In this document: positions 1 through 9,897 of the stretch, one piece after another
Numbering within the stretch: the stretch's first letter is position 1
How the letters are laid out: each line of letters opens with the position of its first letter
NCBI GenBank assembly: GCA_963764045.1
Contig: CAVXQW010000007.1
Coordinates: forward strand, 173,630 to 237,629
DNA from: an uncultured bacterium
GTDB lineage: Bacteria > Desulfobacterota > Deferrimicrobia > Deferrimicrobiales > Deferrimicrobiaceae
Reading direction: 5' to 3'
Length of the DNA stretch: 64,000 nt
Position numbers and translations under genes: made by a program
The notes under the pieces: generated by a model
Told to the model about the DNA's origin: nothing
The model's database searches: none
The model's input: only the letters and a program-made list of their open reading frames with translations

Positions 1-575
1 GCTCCACGAGCAGTATGGTCACGCCGTCCTCCTGAAGTTTTCGTATGATCTCCATGATTTCGTGAACGATTTTCGGCGCGAGCCCTTCACTCGGCTCGTC
101 GATGAGCATCAGTTTCGGGTTGGCCATCAGGCCCCGGGCGATGGTGAGCATCTGCTGCTCGCCGCCGGAGAGCTTGCCGCCATCCTGCTTGAGCCGTTCC
201 TTGAGGCGGGGAAAATATCCGAAGATCGACTCCAGCAACTCATCCCAGTTCCTGATCTTCCCCTGGACCAGCGATCCCAGTTTCAGGTTCTCGTACACGG
301 TGAGGTTCGGGATGACCCGCCGGTCTTCGGGGATGAGGGAGATGCCCTTGCGCGCGATCCGATGCGGCGGCAGCCCGGAGATCTCTTCGCCGCGGAAAAC
401 GACGTTCCCGCTTCGGGGAGCCTGGACGCCCATGATGGTCTTCATGGTGGTGCTCTTGCCGACGCCGTTCCGTCCCAGGAGAACGACGATCTCCCCTTCC
501 TTCACCTCGAGGGAGAGGTCGTGCAGGACGTGGCTGTAGCCGTAGAACGTGTTGACGTTGCGCAAGCCTAAGCAT
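1..575 (-). CDS. livF: Branched-chain-type ABC transporter ATP-binding subunit (LivF-like); runs off the left edge; apparent frameshift in the first codons
   Basis: Minus-strand reading gives NVNTFYGYSHVL...GRNGVGKSTT (Walker A), LSGGEQQML (signature) and LIDEPSEGLAP (Walker B). The + strand ORFs here are antisense shadows. Confidence 0.9.
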
Positions 576-1317
576 GTTTCTCTTCCCCCAGGTAAACCCT
601 TTGCACCTCCTGGTTGTCGCTCACCTGCCGCGGCGTCCCTTCCGCGAGGACCTTCCCTTCGTTGAGCACGAGGATCTCGTCCGATATTCCCATGACAACG
701 CTCATGTCATGCTCGACCAGGACGATCGAAAGCTTCAGGTCCCGGTTCAATCTCTGGATCAATTCGGCGCACTGACGGGTTTCCGCGACGCTCATTCCCG
801 CGGTGGGTTCGTCGAGGAGCAGCACCTGCGGTTCCGTGGCCAGCGCGATGCCGATCTCCAGGTACCGGCGCTCTCCGTGGGACAGGGTGGATGCCAGCCA
901 GCTTCTTTTCTCCAGCAGCTCCACCTGTTCCAGGATGCCGAGGGCCTTTTCGTTCAGCGCGGAGAGGGAGTGGGTCGTCCGCCAGAAGTTGAAGGCGGTC
1001 AGCCGGGACTGGGCGGCGATGCGCACGTTTTCAAAAACGGTCAGCCCCGGGAAAATGTGGGTCACCTGGTACGTCTTGGTGATGCCGAGACGCGAGGTCT
1101 GGTGGAGCGACAGGTCGGTGATGTCCCGGTCCCGGAAGAACACCTTGCCGCCCGTCGCCTGGTGGACCCCTGCGATCAGGTTGAACAGCGTCGTTTTCCC
1201 GGCGCCGTTCGGGCCGATGATCGACTTCAGCTGCCCCGGTTTCAGCGTGAAATTCACCTGGTCGACGGCGCGGAGCCCGTCGAAATGCTTGGAAATTTTC
1301 TCCGTCCGCAGCGTCAT
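568..1317 (-). CDS. livG: Branched-chain-type ABC transporter ATP-binding subunit (LivG-like)
   Basis: GPNGAGKTT, LSHGE, LLLDEPTAG, VEHDM motifs. Confidence 0.93.
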   Translation of the reverse strand: MTLRTEKISKHFDGLRAVDQVNFTLKPGQLKSIIGPNGAGKTTLFNLIAGVHQATGGKVFFRDRDITDLSLHQTSRLGITKTYQVTHIFPGLTVFENVRIAAQSRLTAFNFWRTTHSLSALNEKALGILEQVELLEKRSWLASTLSHGERRYLEIGIALATEPQVLLLDEPTAGMSVAETRQCAELIQRLNRDLKLSIVLVEHDMSVVMGISDEILVLNEGKVLAEGTPRQVSDNQEVQRVYLGEEKHA

Positions 1318-1321
1318 GGCG

Positions 1322-2339
1322 TCACCCGTCCGAGGGGAGGGTGGCCGCCTTGTTCTGCAGCTTGGCCATCCTCCGGTCGCTCAATACCGCCTGGAGAGTG
1401 CCGATGATGCCGCCCGGGAACACCAGGATGATGACCACGAAGATCGTGCCGACGAAGAGCTCCCACCGGGGGGTGAAGAGGCTGATCGTATTCTGAAGGA
1501 AAAGGAACACGGCCGCTCCGACCAGGGGTCCCAGGAACGTCCCCTTCCCCCCGAGGATGGTCATCATGACGATGGTTCCCGAGGTGAACCAGAACAGCGT
1601 GGCCAGCGGCACGTAGTTCAGGTACAGGGTATTGAGGCCTCCGGCGAGGCCACCGTAAAAGGCGGACAGGACCAGCGTGAAGAACTTGACCAGTGCGGTG
1701 TTGTAGCCGCACGCCTTCGCCCGCTCCTCGTTCTCCCGGAACGCCCTCAGCAGCTTCCCGAACGGGGACTGGAGGATTCTCCAGGTGAGATAGAGGATGG
1801 CCACCGTGATCGCAAGGATGAAATAGTAGATGGGCCTCGGTTTGTGGAGGGCGATGAAGAACAGGTCGACCTGCGGGATATGGGTCAGGCCGTCCTCTCC
1901 CCGGGTGAGGTGTTTCAGCGGAGAGAGGGCGAGGAAATAGAGCATCTGCCCGAAGGCCAGGGAGATCATGGCGAAATAGACGCCGCGGCTGCGGATCGCC
2001 AGTACGCCGATCAGGCATGCCAGGAGCATCGACGCGACGATCCCGACGGCCAATCCGCCCAGGACGCCGACGTGCCAGGTACCGCAGGGCAAGCCCCATG
2101 CCGTACGCGCCCATGCCGAAATACGCGGAATGGCCGAAGGAGAGGACTCCCGTGTACCCCAGGAGGAGGTTGAAGCCGATGCCGAAAATGGCCCAGATCA
2201 GGATCTCGGTCGCCAGCGGCGTGGAGATGACGAAGGGGAGGGCGGCGAGGACCAGGGCGGTACCCCAGACGATGGTGGAACGCGGCTTCGGCGCCACATC
2301 CCGCAGCAGCGATTCCATGTTCTTGATCGAATCCTTCAT
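1322..2339 (-). CDS. livM: Branched-chain-type ABC permease (LivM-like), one apparent frameshift near 2090
   Basis: N-terminal part (LLLGYTGVLSFGHSAYFG) in ORF 1314..2339; C-terminal part (RGVYFAMISLAFGQM, SPFG..RAFRENEERA) in ORF 1322..2092. Confidence 0.9.
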
Positions 2340-2352
2340 CCCTGGCCCTTCG

Positions 2353-3237
2353 CTACTCCCGTCCGCTTTCCCCGAACAGCCCCCGGGGTCTGATCAGCAG
2401 GATGACCGCCATGCAGAAGTACATGGAGACGCTGGAATATTCGCCGGCGATCAGCGAGGTGAAGGCGACGATGACCCCGATCAGCAACCCCCCGACGATG
2501 GCGCCGCCCAGGCTCCCCAGGCCGCCGACCACCGTCACCACGAAGGCCACCATGGTCATATCGACCCCCATGTCGGGAGTGGCGGACATCATGGGGACGG
2601 AGATCGCGCCCGCCAGTCCGGCAAGCCCGGTGCCGATGGCGAAACCGATCGTCCAGATGCGGGAGGTGTTCGTGCCGAGGATCTGCACCATCTGGTTGTC
2701 CCGCGTCGCCGCCCGGATGATCATCCCCAGGTCGCTCTTCTTCAGGAACAGCCACAGGGAGATGAGGATGGCGAGGGTGAAGAAGATGATGAACAGGCGG
2801 TAGTTGGAGAAGATCATGTTTCCCGCGATCGTCGCCCCGGAGAGCATCGCCGGATAGGAAACCGGCTTCCCGGTGAGTCCGAAAACGATCTTTATCAGGT
2901 CGGGAACGGCCACGGAAAGACCGAACGTCAGGAGCAGCGGCAGGAGCGGATCCTTGCCGTACAAAGGCTTCAGGAGGAACAACTCGACGACCGTCCCGAT
3001 GATCGCGACGATGACCACGGCGCTCAGGATGCCGACCGCGAAGCTGCCGGATTGGCCCACGGCGACGAAGACCGCGTATGCCCCGAGCATGGCGAATGTC
3101 CCGTGGGCGAAATTGACCACGTCGAGCAGGCCGTAGATGATGGACAGCCCGCTGGCCAGGAGCACGAAGATCGAGCCGAGCGCCAGCCCGAAGAAGAGCT
3201 GCATGAGGATGGCGGTCCATGAGATGTCGCTGAACAT
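2353..3237 (-). CDS. livH: Branched-chain-type ABC permease (LivH-like)
   Basis: LASGLSIIYGLLDVVNFAHG, GMIIRAATRD, VVTVVGGLGS motifs; start taken at MFSDISW. Confidence 0.92.
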   Translation of the reverse strand: MFSDISWTAILMQLFFGLALGSIFVLLASGLSIIYGLLDVVNFAHGTFAMLGAYAVFVAVGQSGSFAVGILSAVVIVAIIGTVVELFLLKPLYGKDPLLPLLLTFGLSVAVPDLIKIVFGLTGKPVSYPAMLSGATIAGNMIFSNYRLFIIFFTLAILISLWLFLKKSDLGMIIRAATRDNQMVQILGTNTSRIWTIGFAIGTGLAGLAGAISVPMMSATPDMGVDMTMVAFVVTVVGGLGSLGGAIVGGLLIGVIVAFTSLIAGEYSSVSMYFCMAVILLIRPRGLFGESGRE

Positions 3238-3253
3238 ACACACCCTCTTGCCT

Positions 3254-3283
3254 CTCCGGAGGGGTGTCCCCACCCCTCCGGAG
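3254..3283. promoter_or_regulatory. Perfect 13-bp GC-rich hairpin between the SBP gene and livH
   Basis: CTCCGGAGGGGTG-tccc-CACCCCTCCGGAG; no U-tract. Confidence 0.6.
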
Positions 3284-3346
3284 GAAGGCCGCGAACTGCC
3301 AGGAACGGCCGGGCCTGGCGAAGGAACGTTTTCCCGAGGTTGTCCT

Positions 3347-4618
3347 CTAGGGAAGCTTTATATTGGCGAAGGGAAGTCTTTTCGCGTTCTGCTCGCAGGA
3401 CATGATGATCGAATCCCCGGGGATCTCGGCCACGATATCCGCCAGGTCCCAGCCCTTCGCCTTCGCGCCTTTTCCCTTCAGCAGAAGGTAGCTCTGCACC
3501 CTCTGGTGGTCGCAGGCGCGCACGGTCTCGGGGCCCTTGGTCAAGGTGTACTTGATCCCCTCCATGGCCGCGACGATCTTTTCCTTGTCGGTCACCGTTT
3601 TCGCCTTCTCCATCGCCATGAAGAGGACATTCGTCGCCACGTACCCGGATTCCCCGTCCTGCTCGATGGGCTGGCCGAACTTCTTCATGTAGGCGTCCAT
3701 GAACTTCCTGGCGCCGGGATATTTGTCCCGCAGTCCCCAGTAGAAGGTCATCCCCCCCATGATGTTCTCGTCGTACGCGGCCCCGGCCTCCTTCATCGTG
3801 GTCATGGCCGTCTTCGTGCAGACGATCTTCATCTTCTTGTTCAGGCCGAGTTCGCTCAACTGCTTGATCGCCGCCGTCTGGTCCGCCCCCAGGTTGTTCA
3901 TCACGAGGACTTCCGGGTTCGCCGCCATGATCTTGGTGAAGTAGGTCGAGAAGTCCGTGGCGCCGAGCGGCGCGTAGACGTTGCCGAGGAATTGGGCCCC
4001 CATCTGCTGGCTTTGCCAGATCCACCCTTCGAGAAGGCTCTGCCCCCAACGGTAATCCGCCGTGATCGAGAACCATTTTTTCCCGAGCTTCTCGAACGCG
4101 TATTTCGACGTCGCCAGCGCCGCGGAGTACGGGATCACCTGGAAGGCGAAACCGTACTTGCCCTGGTCCGTACCCAGCACCATGTCGCTCATGCAATACG
4201 CCATGTAGGGGATCTTGTTCTTGTTGGCGAATTCGTTGATCGCGAGGGAGATGGAGCCGGAAAGGGTTCCCCCGATGAAGTCGCACTTTTCCTCTTCCAC
4301 GAGCTCCTTGGCCCGGCGCAGCGCCACGGCGCCGTTCAGCTGGTCGTCCCGATGGACCCATTCGATCTTGTTCCCCAGGACGCCGCCCTTGGCGTTCCAT
4401 TCTTCCACCGCGAGTTGCGTGGCGTTCCGCTGGTCGGCGCCGAGCGCCGAATAAGGGCCGGTCAAGGGGTGCATCGTCCCGTACTTGATCACACCTTCCT
4501 TGGCGCCGGCCATTCTTGCGATGAATGGAATGCCGGCCCCCGCGAGCGCCGCGCCGCCAAGCGCCGCTCCTTTCAATACGTCCCTCCTGGATACTTTCGC
4601 GCCCATTTTCCTGTTCAC
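3347..4618 (-). CDS. Liv-type ABC periplasmic substrate-binding protein with twin-arginine signal
   Basis: SRRDVLK plus hydrophobic stretch; type I periplasmic binding fold pattern (PLTGPYSALG, DFIGGTLSG, DFSTYFTKI). Confidence 0.9.
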   Translation of the reverse strand: MNRKMGAKVSRRDVLKGAALGGAALAGAGIPFIARMAGAKEGVIKYGTMHPLTGPYSALGADQRNATQLAVEEWNAKGGVLGNKIEWVHRDDQLNGAVALRRAKELVEEEKCDFIGGTLSGSISLAINEFANKNKIPYMAYCMSDMVLGTDQGKYGFAFQVIPYSAALATSKYAFEKLGKKWFSITADYRWGQSLLEGWIWQSQQMGAQFLGNVYAPLGATDFSTYFTKIMAANPEVLVMNNLGADQTAAIKQLSELGLNKKMKIVCTKTAMTTMKEAGAAYDENIMGGMTFYWGLRDKYPGARKFMDAYMKKFGQPIEQDGESGYVATNVLFMAMEKAKTVTDKEKIVAAMEGIKYTLTKGPETVRACDHQRVQSYLLLKGKGAKAKGWDLADIVAEIPGDSIIMSCEQNAKRLPFANIKLP

Positions 4619-4706
4619 CTGGTGTTCCCCCTTTTCCTGGCGTTTTCCGCGGAATCTTCCCTATCCGACACCTGCTTGTCGCGAACGACCTTGCGGCCAG
4701 CCGGTT

Positions 4707-5486
4707 TCACTGAATCGTCCACCCCCCGTCGATGTACAGCACGTGCCCGGTCACCATGTCGGCGGCGGAAGAAGCCAGGTAGACCACGGCCCCCGTCACG
4801 TCCGACGGTTTCGCTATCCTGCCCAAGGGGATATTGGCGAGCACGTACCGGTGGAACTCCTCATTTTGGAACATCTGTTTGGTCCATTGCGTATCCAGGA
4901 ACGTCGGGGCGACGGCGTTGACGTTGATCTGGTGCGGCGCCCATTCCAGGGCGAGCAGCCTTGTCAGTTGGTTGACGCCCCCCTTGCTCGAGCAGTACGC
5001 GGCCCGCTGCGGAATCGCGACGGAACCGGCCTGTGAAGAGACGTTGATGATCTTGCCGTGGTTTTGCCGGATCATGATCTTGCCCACGGCCTGGGAGCAG
5101 AAAAAGACGGCTTTCAGGTTGACGGCAAGCACCGTGTCCCACGCCTGTTCCGTCACATCGACCGCCATTTGCGTGATATTGACGCCCGCGTTGTTCACCA
5201 GGATGTCGATGCGCCCGAACTCATCGACCGCCTTGGCGACCATGGCCTGGATCGCCGGAACGCTGGCGAGATCCGCCGCGACGGGGAACGACCGTCGACC
5301 CAGCGCCTTGACCGCTTCCCGGGTCTGTTCCGTTTCGGCAAGGGTCCGGTCGGCCACGATGACGTCCGAACCGTACGCGGCCAGCGCCAGCGCGATCTGG
5401 GCGCCCAACCCCCTGCCGGCACCCGTGACCAGGGCGACTTTTCCGGACAGGTCGAAACCGGGCGCGCCTGTTTTCTCGGGATCCAT
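4707..5486 (-). CDS. Short-chain dehydrogenase/reductase (KduD/gluconate-5-dehydrogenase-like)
   Basis: TGAGRGLG, NNAG, YCSSKGG (YxxxK), NAVAPT, DGGW. Confidence 0.9.
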   Translation of the reverse strand: MDPEKTGAPGFDLSGKVALVTGAGRGLGAQIALALAAYGSDVIVADRTLAETEQTREAVKALGRRSFPVAADLASVPAIQAMVAKAVDEFGRIDILVNNAGVNITQMAVDVTEQAWDTVLAVNLKAVFFCSQAVGKIMIRQNHGKIINVSSQAGSVAIPQRAAYCSSKGGVNQLTRLLALEWAPHQINVNAVAPTFLDTQWTKQMFQNEEFHRYVLANIPLGRIAKPSDVTGAVVYLASSAADMVTGHVLYIDGGWTIQ

Positions 5487-5499
5487 GCGGTGCCCCTCC

Positions 5500-6774
5500 C
5501 TATTTCTTGCCGTATTTTTCGATCCTCGCCCGGCAGGAGATGCCGTGGGCGAGCATGTTTTCATAATTGCAGGCTCTTTCGCAGACCTCGGCGATCTTGT
5601 ACGAGGCCTCTTTGGTGGCGTATTGATAGGTGACGGTCTTCACGAACTTCCCAACCGAAAGTCCACCCGTGTAGCGCGCCGCGCCCATCGTTGGCAATAC
5701 GTGGTTGGTGCCGATCGTCTTGTCGCCATACGCCACCGTGGTCTCCTCTCCCAGGAAGGCCGACCCGTAGTTCTTCAGATGGTCCAGATAGTACCGCCAG
5801 TCCCGGGTCTGGATTTCCACATGTTCGGGAGCCCATGCGTCGCTGACCTTCACCGCTTCCTCGGCGGAGTCGACCACCACGACCTCGCCGTTGTCTCTCC
5901 AGGCGACGGAAGCCACGTCCCGTGTCGGGAGATCGACCAGTTGCCGGTCCACCTCTTTCATGGCCGCCTTCGCGGTTTCCCTGGAAAGAGAGACAAGGCA
6001 TTGGCGCGCGTTGGGGTCGTGCTCCGCCTGCCCCAGGATATCCACCGCCAGCATGGCCGGATCGGCCGAGTCATCCGCGATGACCAGGATTTCGGTCGGG
6101 CCGGCCAGAAGGTCGATACCTACGGTGCCGAAGAGTTGCCGTTTCGCCTCCGCCACGTACTTGTTCCCCGCGCCGACGATCATGTCCACCGGGGCAAGGC
6201 CTTCCATGCCGTACGCCAGGGCGGCCAGGGCATGCACCCCGCCCATGCAATAGATCTCGTCCGCACCGGCCGCGACCATCGAGTAAAGCGTTGCCGGCCA
6301 CAGCCCCTGCCCTTTCACGGGGGGGGAACAGGCGACCACCCTCGAGACCCCGGCGACCTTCGGGGTGATCACCGTCATGTGGGCCGAGCCGAGCATGGGA
6401 TAGCGCCCTCCGGGAATGTAGGACCCGCTGGACGCGATCGGGATGATCTTCTGGCCCAGGTGTACGCCGGGAAGCGTTTCCACCTCGAAGTCGACCAGGC
6501 GCTCCATCTGTTCCCGGGCGAAATTGCGGATCTGCTTCTGGCAGAAATCGATATCGTCGACCTCGGTCGGAGGGAGTTTCCCCTTCACCGCTCGCATCTC
6601 GTCTTCGGAAACCTTGAACCTGTCGGGGGCCCAGCCGTCGAACTTGCCGGAATAGTACCGGACGGCCTCCGCTCCCTCTTTCCGGACCTTGTCGAGGATT
6701 TCGCGCACCGTGTCCTGAACGGCACGGATGTCTTCGATCTGCTTCACTGTCGGCTTTTTCAGATATTCCGCCAT
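5500..6774 (-). CDS. Histidinol-dehydrogenase-family paralogue (HpsN/sulfopropanediol dehydrogenase-like clade)
   Basis: YIPGGRYP, GQAEHD, APEH, GDKTIGTNHVLPT (GDK rather than the GDY of canonical HisD); not in a his operon. Confidence 0.85.
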   Translation of the reverse strand: MAEYLKKPTVKQIEDIRAVQDTVREILDKVRKEGAEAVRYYSGKFDGWAPDRFKVSEDEMRAVKGKLPPTEVDDIDFCQKQIRNFAREQMERLVDFEVETLPGVHLGQKIIPIASSGSYIPGGRYPMLGSAHMTVITPKVAGVSRVVACSPPVKGQGLWPATLYSMVAAGADEIYCMGGVHALAALAYGMEGLAPVDMIVGAGNKYVAEAKRQLFGTVGIDLLAGPTEILVIADDSADPAMLAVDILGQAEHDPNARQCLVSLSRETAKAAMKEVDRQLVDLPTRDVASVAWRDNGEVVVVDSAEEAVKVSDAWAPEHVEIQTRDWRYYLDHLKNYGSAFLGEETTVAYGDKTIGTNHVLPTMGAARYTGGLSVGKFVKTVTYQYATKEASYKIAEVCERACNYENMLAHGISCRARIEKYGKK

Positions 6775-6910
6775 GAACCGGCCTCCGATGCGGTCAGGAT
6801 GATCCTGCCGAAAATGGTGTTTTGTTCGCGAAGTGTAAACCGATATCCGCTACGCGATCAAGAATAATCCCCCGGCAGTCCGGCAACACCGATCCCGCCG
6901 CGCAGGAACT

Positions 6911-7558
6911 TCACCGGCCGCGCCGGTGGCTGTTGTTGATGATTCCCGCCACGAACGCCACTTGCGCCGTGTTTTCCACCAGATCGGCCAGATAATAAGC
7001 GGACTTGATGTCCGGACCCAGCGCCAGGACCCCGTGCTCCGCCATCAGCAGGACCTTGACCCCGGGATGACGCACGATCCCCCCCTTGACGAAATCGCAC
7101 AGTTCCCTCGACCCCGACGGGGCGCATTCGATCACCGGCACCTCCTTCAGGATCGCGCGGGCCGTGACGGTCGCCAGAGGGAGCGGTTTGCCCAGGTGCG
7201 AATAGGCCGTCGCGTACGCCGAGTGCACGTGGGCGATCGCCCCTACGTCCGGGCGAAGTTCGTAGACCGCCAGGTGGAAACCGGTTTCCTTCGACGGGAC
7301 CAGGTTCAAGGGATTTTCGAGGATGGTGCCGTCCAGCCGCACCAGGAGGTTGGTCTCGGGCTCCACGTCGGCCAGAGCCACTCCGGACGGCGTGATGAGG
7401 ACTTTGTCCGATCCGGGGATCCTGACGCTCATGTTCCCGCCGGTTCCGCCGACAAGGTTCCGGAGGAATGCGCGCTTCGAGAAATCGGACAGTTCATGCC
7501 GCAAACGGGATACGGTTTCCTCTTCCCGGATCATCATCTCGTCGATCTCCACGCTCAC
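6911..7558 (-). CDS. Class II aldolase/adducin family protein (FucA/AraD/MtnB-like)
   Basis: [28 protein letters not shown] (Zn-binding HxH), HGVL. Confidence 0.88.
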   Translation of the reverse strand: MSVEIDEMMIREEETVSRLRHELSDFSKRAFLRNLVGGTGGNMSVRIPGSDKVLITPSGVALADVEPETNLLVRLDGTILENPLNLVPSKETGFHLAVYELRPDVGAIAHVHSAYATAYSHLGKPLPLATVTARAILKEVPVIECAPSGSRELCDFVKGGIVRHPGVKVLLMAEHGVLALGPDIKSAYYLADLVENTAQVAFVAGIINNSHRRGR

Positions 7559-7649
7559 CTCTCTTTATCCATCTGGTACGATGATACCTTCTTCGCGATT
7601 TTATGGGAACGCGGGGAACCCGAATCGGAAAAAGAAGGGAGGGAAGAGG

Positions 7650-8135
7650 ATGCCGTCGTTCGATGTCGTATCGGTCGTGAACATGCAGGAGGTCGACAAC
7701 GCGGTCAACCAGGCGATCAAGGAGATCGGCCAGCGGTACGACTTCAAGGGGTCGAAGACGGAGATCACCCAGGACAAGGACGGCATCAAGGTTCTGACCG
7801 ACGACGACTTCCGGCTGAAGGCGGTCATCGACGTCCTCCAATCGAAGTTCGTGAAGCGCGGGGTCTCCCTCAAGGCCCTGCAGTACGGGAAGGTGGAGCC
7901 GGCATCCGGCGGTTGCGTCCGCCAGGTGATCACCATCCAGCAGGGGATCTCCACCGAGAAGGGGAAGGAGATCGTCGCCATCATCAAGCAGACGAAGCTG
8001 AAGGTCCAGTCCCAGATCCAGGACGAGCAGGTCCGCGTGACCGGGAAGAACATCGACGACCTCCAGACCGTCATCGGGCTGCTGAAGGGGAAGGACCTCG
8101 GCGTGGAGATGCAGTTCGTCAACCTCCGTCCGTAG
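7650..8135 (+). CDS. yajQ: YajQ family cyclic-di-GMP/nucleotide-binding protein
   Basis: [25 protein letters not shown]...[13 protein letters not shown]...QFVNLR. Confidence 0.95.
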   Translation: MPSFDVVSVVNMQEVDNAVNQAIKEIGQRYDFKGSKTEITQDKDGIKVLTDDDFRLKAVIDVLQSKFVKRGVSLKALQYGKVEPASGGCVRQVITIQQGISTEKGKEIVAIIKQTKLKVQSQIQDEQVRVTGKNIDDLQTVIGLLKGKDLGVEMQFVNLRP

Positions 8136-8157
8136 GTGCTGCTCGGGGGAGATACCC

Positions 8158-8851
8158 ATGGCGGACGTCCCGTTTTACCGGGAATTGCGGGAAAAGACCG
8201 ACCCCTTGTGGAAGGCGATTTTCCATCACCCCTTCGTGAAAGGGATCGGAGACGGCACCCTGCCGCGGGACCGGTTCGAGTTCTATCTCAAGCAGGATTA
8301 CGTGTACCTGATCGATTTCAGCCGCATCTTCGCGCTGGCCTGCGCGAAATCCCGGACGCTGGCGGACATGGGAATCTTCGCCGCCTTGCTCCACGCCACG
8401 CTCAACACGGAAATGGAGCTCCACCGGAAAACGTGCGCCGCCTTCGGGATCGCGGAGGAGGAACTGGCGAAGACCATCAAGAGTCCGATCACCTCCGCCT
8501 ACACCGATCTGCTGGTGCGGACTGCCTATGAGGGCGGATTCTCCGACATATTGGCGGTGCTGCTGCCGTGCGCGTGCGGGTACGCGGAGATCGGGAAGAG
8601 GCTCGGATCGGAGGGGCTTCCGGAGGACCGGTTTTACCGGGATTGGATCGACACCTACTCCTCTCCGGAATTCCAGGGATTCGCCGATTGGCTCATCGAC
8701 AGGATGAATGAATGCGCCGCCGACGCTTCACGAGCACCGCAAGGAGCACTGGCATCGCCTGTACGAATCGAGTGCCCGCTACGAATACCTCTTCTTCGAC
8801 ATGAGCTGGAAAAAAGAAGGCGTGGCGGCGATCGGCGGGGAGGCGGAATGA
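8158..8851 (+). CDS. tenA: Thiaminase II / TenA, apparent frameshift near 8730
   Basis: HPFV, FYLKQDYVYL, LLPCACGY (catalytic Cys), WIDTYSS. The shifted frame continues SARYEYLFFDMSW and ends at an ATGA overlap with thiD. Confidence 0.85.
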
Positions 8852-9645
8852 AAAGGGCGCTTACCATCGCCGGCTCCGACAGCGGGGGAGGCGCCGGCAT
8901 CCAGGCGGACCTGAAGACGTTCATGGCCTTCGGCGTTCACGGGATGTCCGCCATCACCGCCCTCACGGCCCAGAACACGGTGGGCGTGCAGGGGATCTTC
9001 GAGGTTTCCCCCGAGTTCGTCCGGAAGCAGATCGAAAGCGTCATGACCGACATCGGGGCCGATGCCGCAAAGACCGGAATGCTGTCCAACGCAAAGATCG
9101 TCCGGACGGTGGCGGAAGCGATCCGGACCTTCCGCATCCCCAACCTGGTCGTCGACCCGGTGATGGTCGCCAAGAGCGGCGACCCCCTCCTGGCGGGGGA
9201 TGCGCGGCAGGCGATCCGCGACGAACTGCTGCCGCTGGCCACGGTCATCACGCCCAACGTTTTCGAAGCCGAAGCGCTCCTGGAGCGCAGGATCGAAGAT
9301 CTCGACGCCATGCGGGACGCGGCGCGGGAACTGAAAAAGTTCGGGTGCAGGTGGGTGGTCATCAAGGGAGCGAGCCTGGGGATCGACTCCCGGGCGGTGG
9401 ACGTGGTCTGCGACGGGGGGGAACCGATCCTCCTGACCTCCCCTCGAATCGAATCCAGGAATACCCAGGGCACCGGCTGCACCTTCGCCTCCGCCATCGC
9501 GGCCGGGCTCGCGAAGGGCGTCGCCCCGCTGGAAGCCATCAAGCGCGCCAAGGAATACATCACCGAGGCGATCCGGAGCGGGCCTCCGATCGGAAGCGGC
9601 CACGGTCCCGCGAACCACCTGACGGGCGTGCACAGCAAATGGTGA
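8848..9645 (+). CDS. thiD: Hydroxymethylpyrimidine/phosphomethylpyrimidine kinase
   Basis: LTIAGSDSGGGAGIQADLKT, KTGML, DPVMVAKSG, TPN, GTGCTFASA. Confidence 0.95.
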   Translation: MKRALTIAGSDSGGGAGIQADLKTFMAFGVHGMSAITALTAQNTVGVQGIFEVSPEFVRKQIESVMTDIGADAAKTGMLSNAKIVRTVAEAIRTFRIPNLVVDPVMVAKSGDPLLAGDARQAIRDELLPLATVITPNVFEAEALLERRIEDLDAMRDAARELKKFGCRWVVIKGASLGIDSRAVDVVCDGGEPILLTSPRIESRNTQGTGCTFASAIAAGLAKGVAPLEAIKRAKEYITEAIRSGPPIGSGHGPANHLTGVHSKW

Positions 9646-9882
9646 GGCGGCGAAACTCCCCTGACCGATGACGATGACTCACGAAGGCCTCGTCGGTTCA
9701 TGAACCTTTCCCCCGGATGAGATCCAATGACATGCGGGGAAGGCCGATCGAATCCCACGGAAGGGAATATTCTCCGGTCGGCTGAAGAATATCCTTCAGT
9801 CCCGCCTTGCCGCACCATGGCCTGCTCCTTGCCATTCTCGTAACCGCACGATAACTTTCAGGAAAAAATCTGCCCTGCCGCG

Positions 9883-9897
9883 TGGCGCAACTCGTGC
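9883..9897 (+). promoter_or_regulatory. Putative sigma-54 (-24/-12) promoter
   Basis: TGGCGCAACTCGTGC has GG-N10-GC spacing, about 35 nt upstream of the first ATG of the Cus cluster. Confidence 0.5.

Noticed and set aside
5500-6774. Canonical hisD call
   Set aside because: GDK motif, catabolic neighbourhood and absence of his genes argue for a paralogue, so no gene symbol was assigned.
8158-9645. Apparent TenA-ThiD fusion (495-aa ORF)
   Set aside because: The TenA C-terminal motif (SARYEYLFFDM) lies in another frame that stops at an ATGA overlap with thiD. The fusion is explained by one indel near 8730.
9646-9760. Possible structured RNA, riboswitch or ribozyme after thiD
   Set aside because: Only an imperfect hairpin (ACCGATGACGA...TCGTCGGT) is visible, with no recognisable TPP, c-di-GMP or hammerhead core. 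An Infernal/Rfam scan would settle it.
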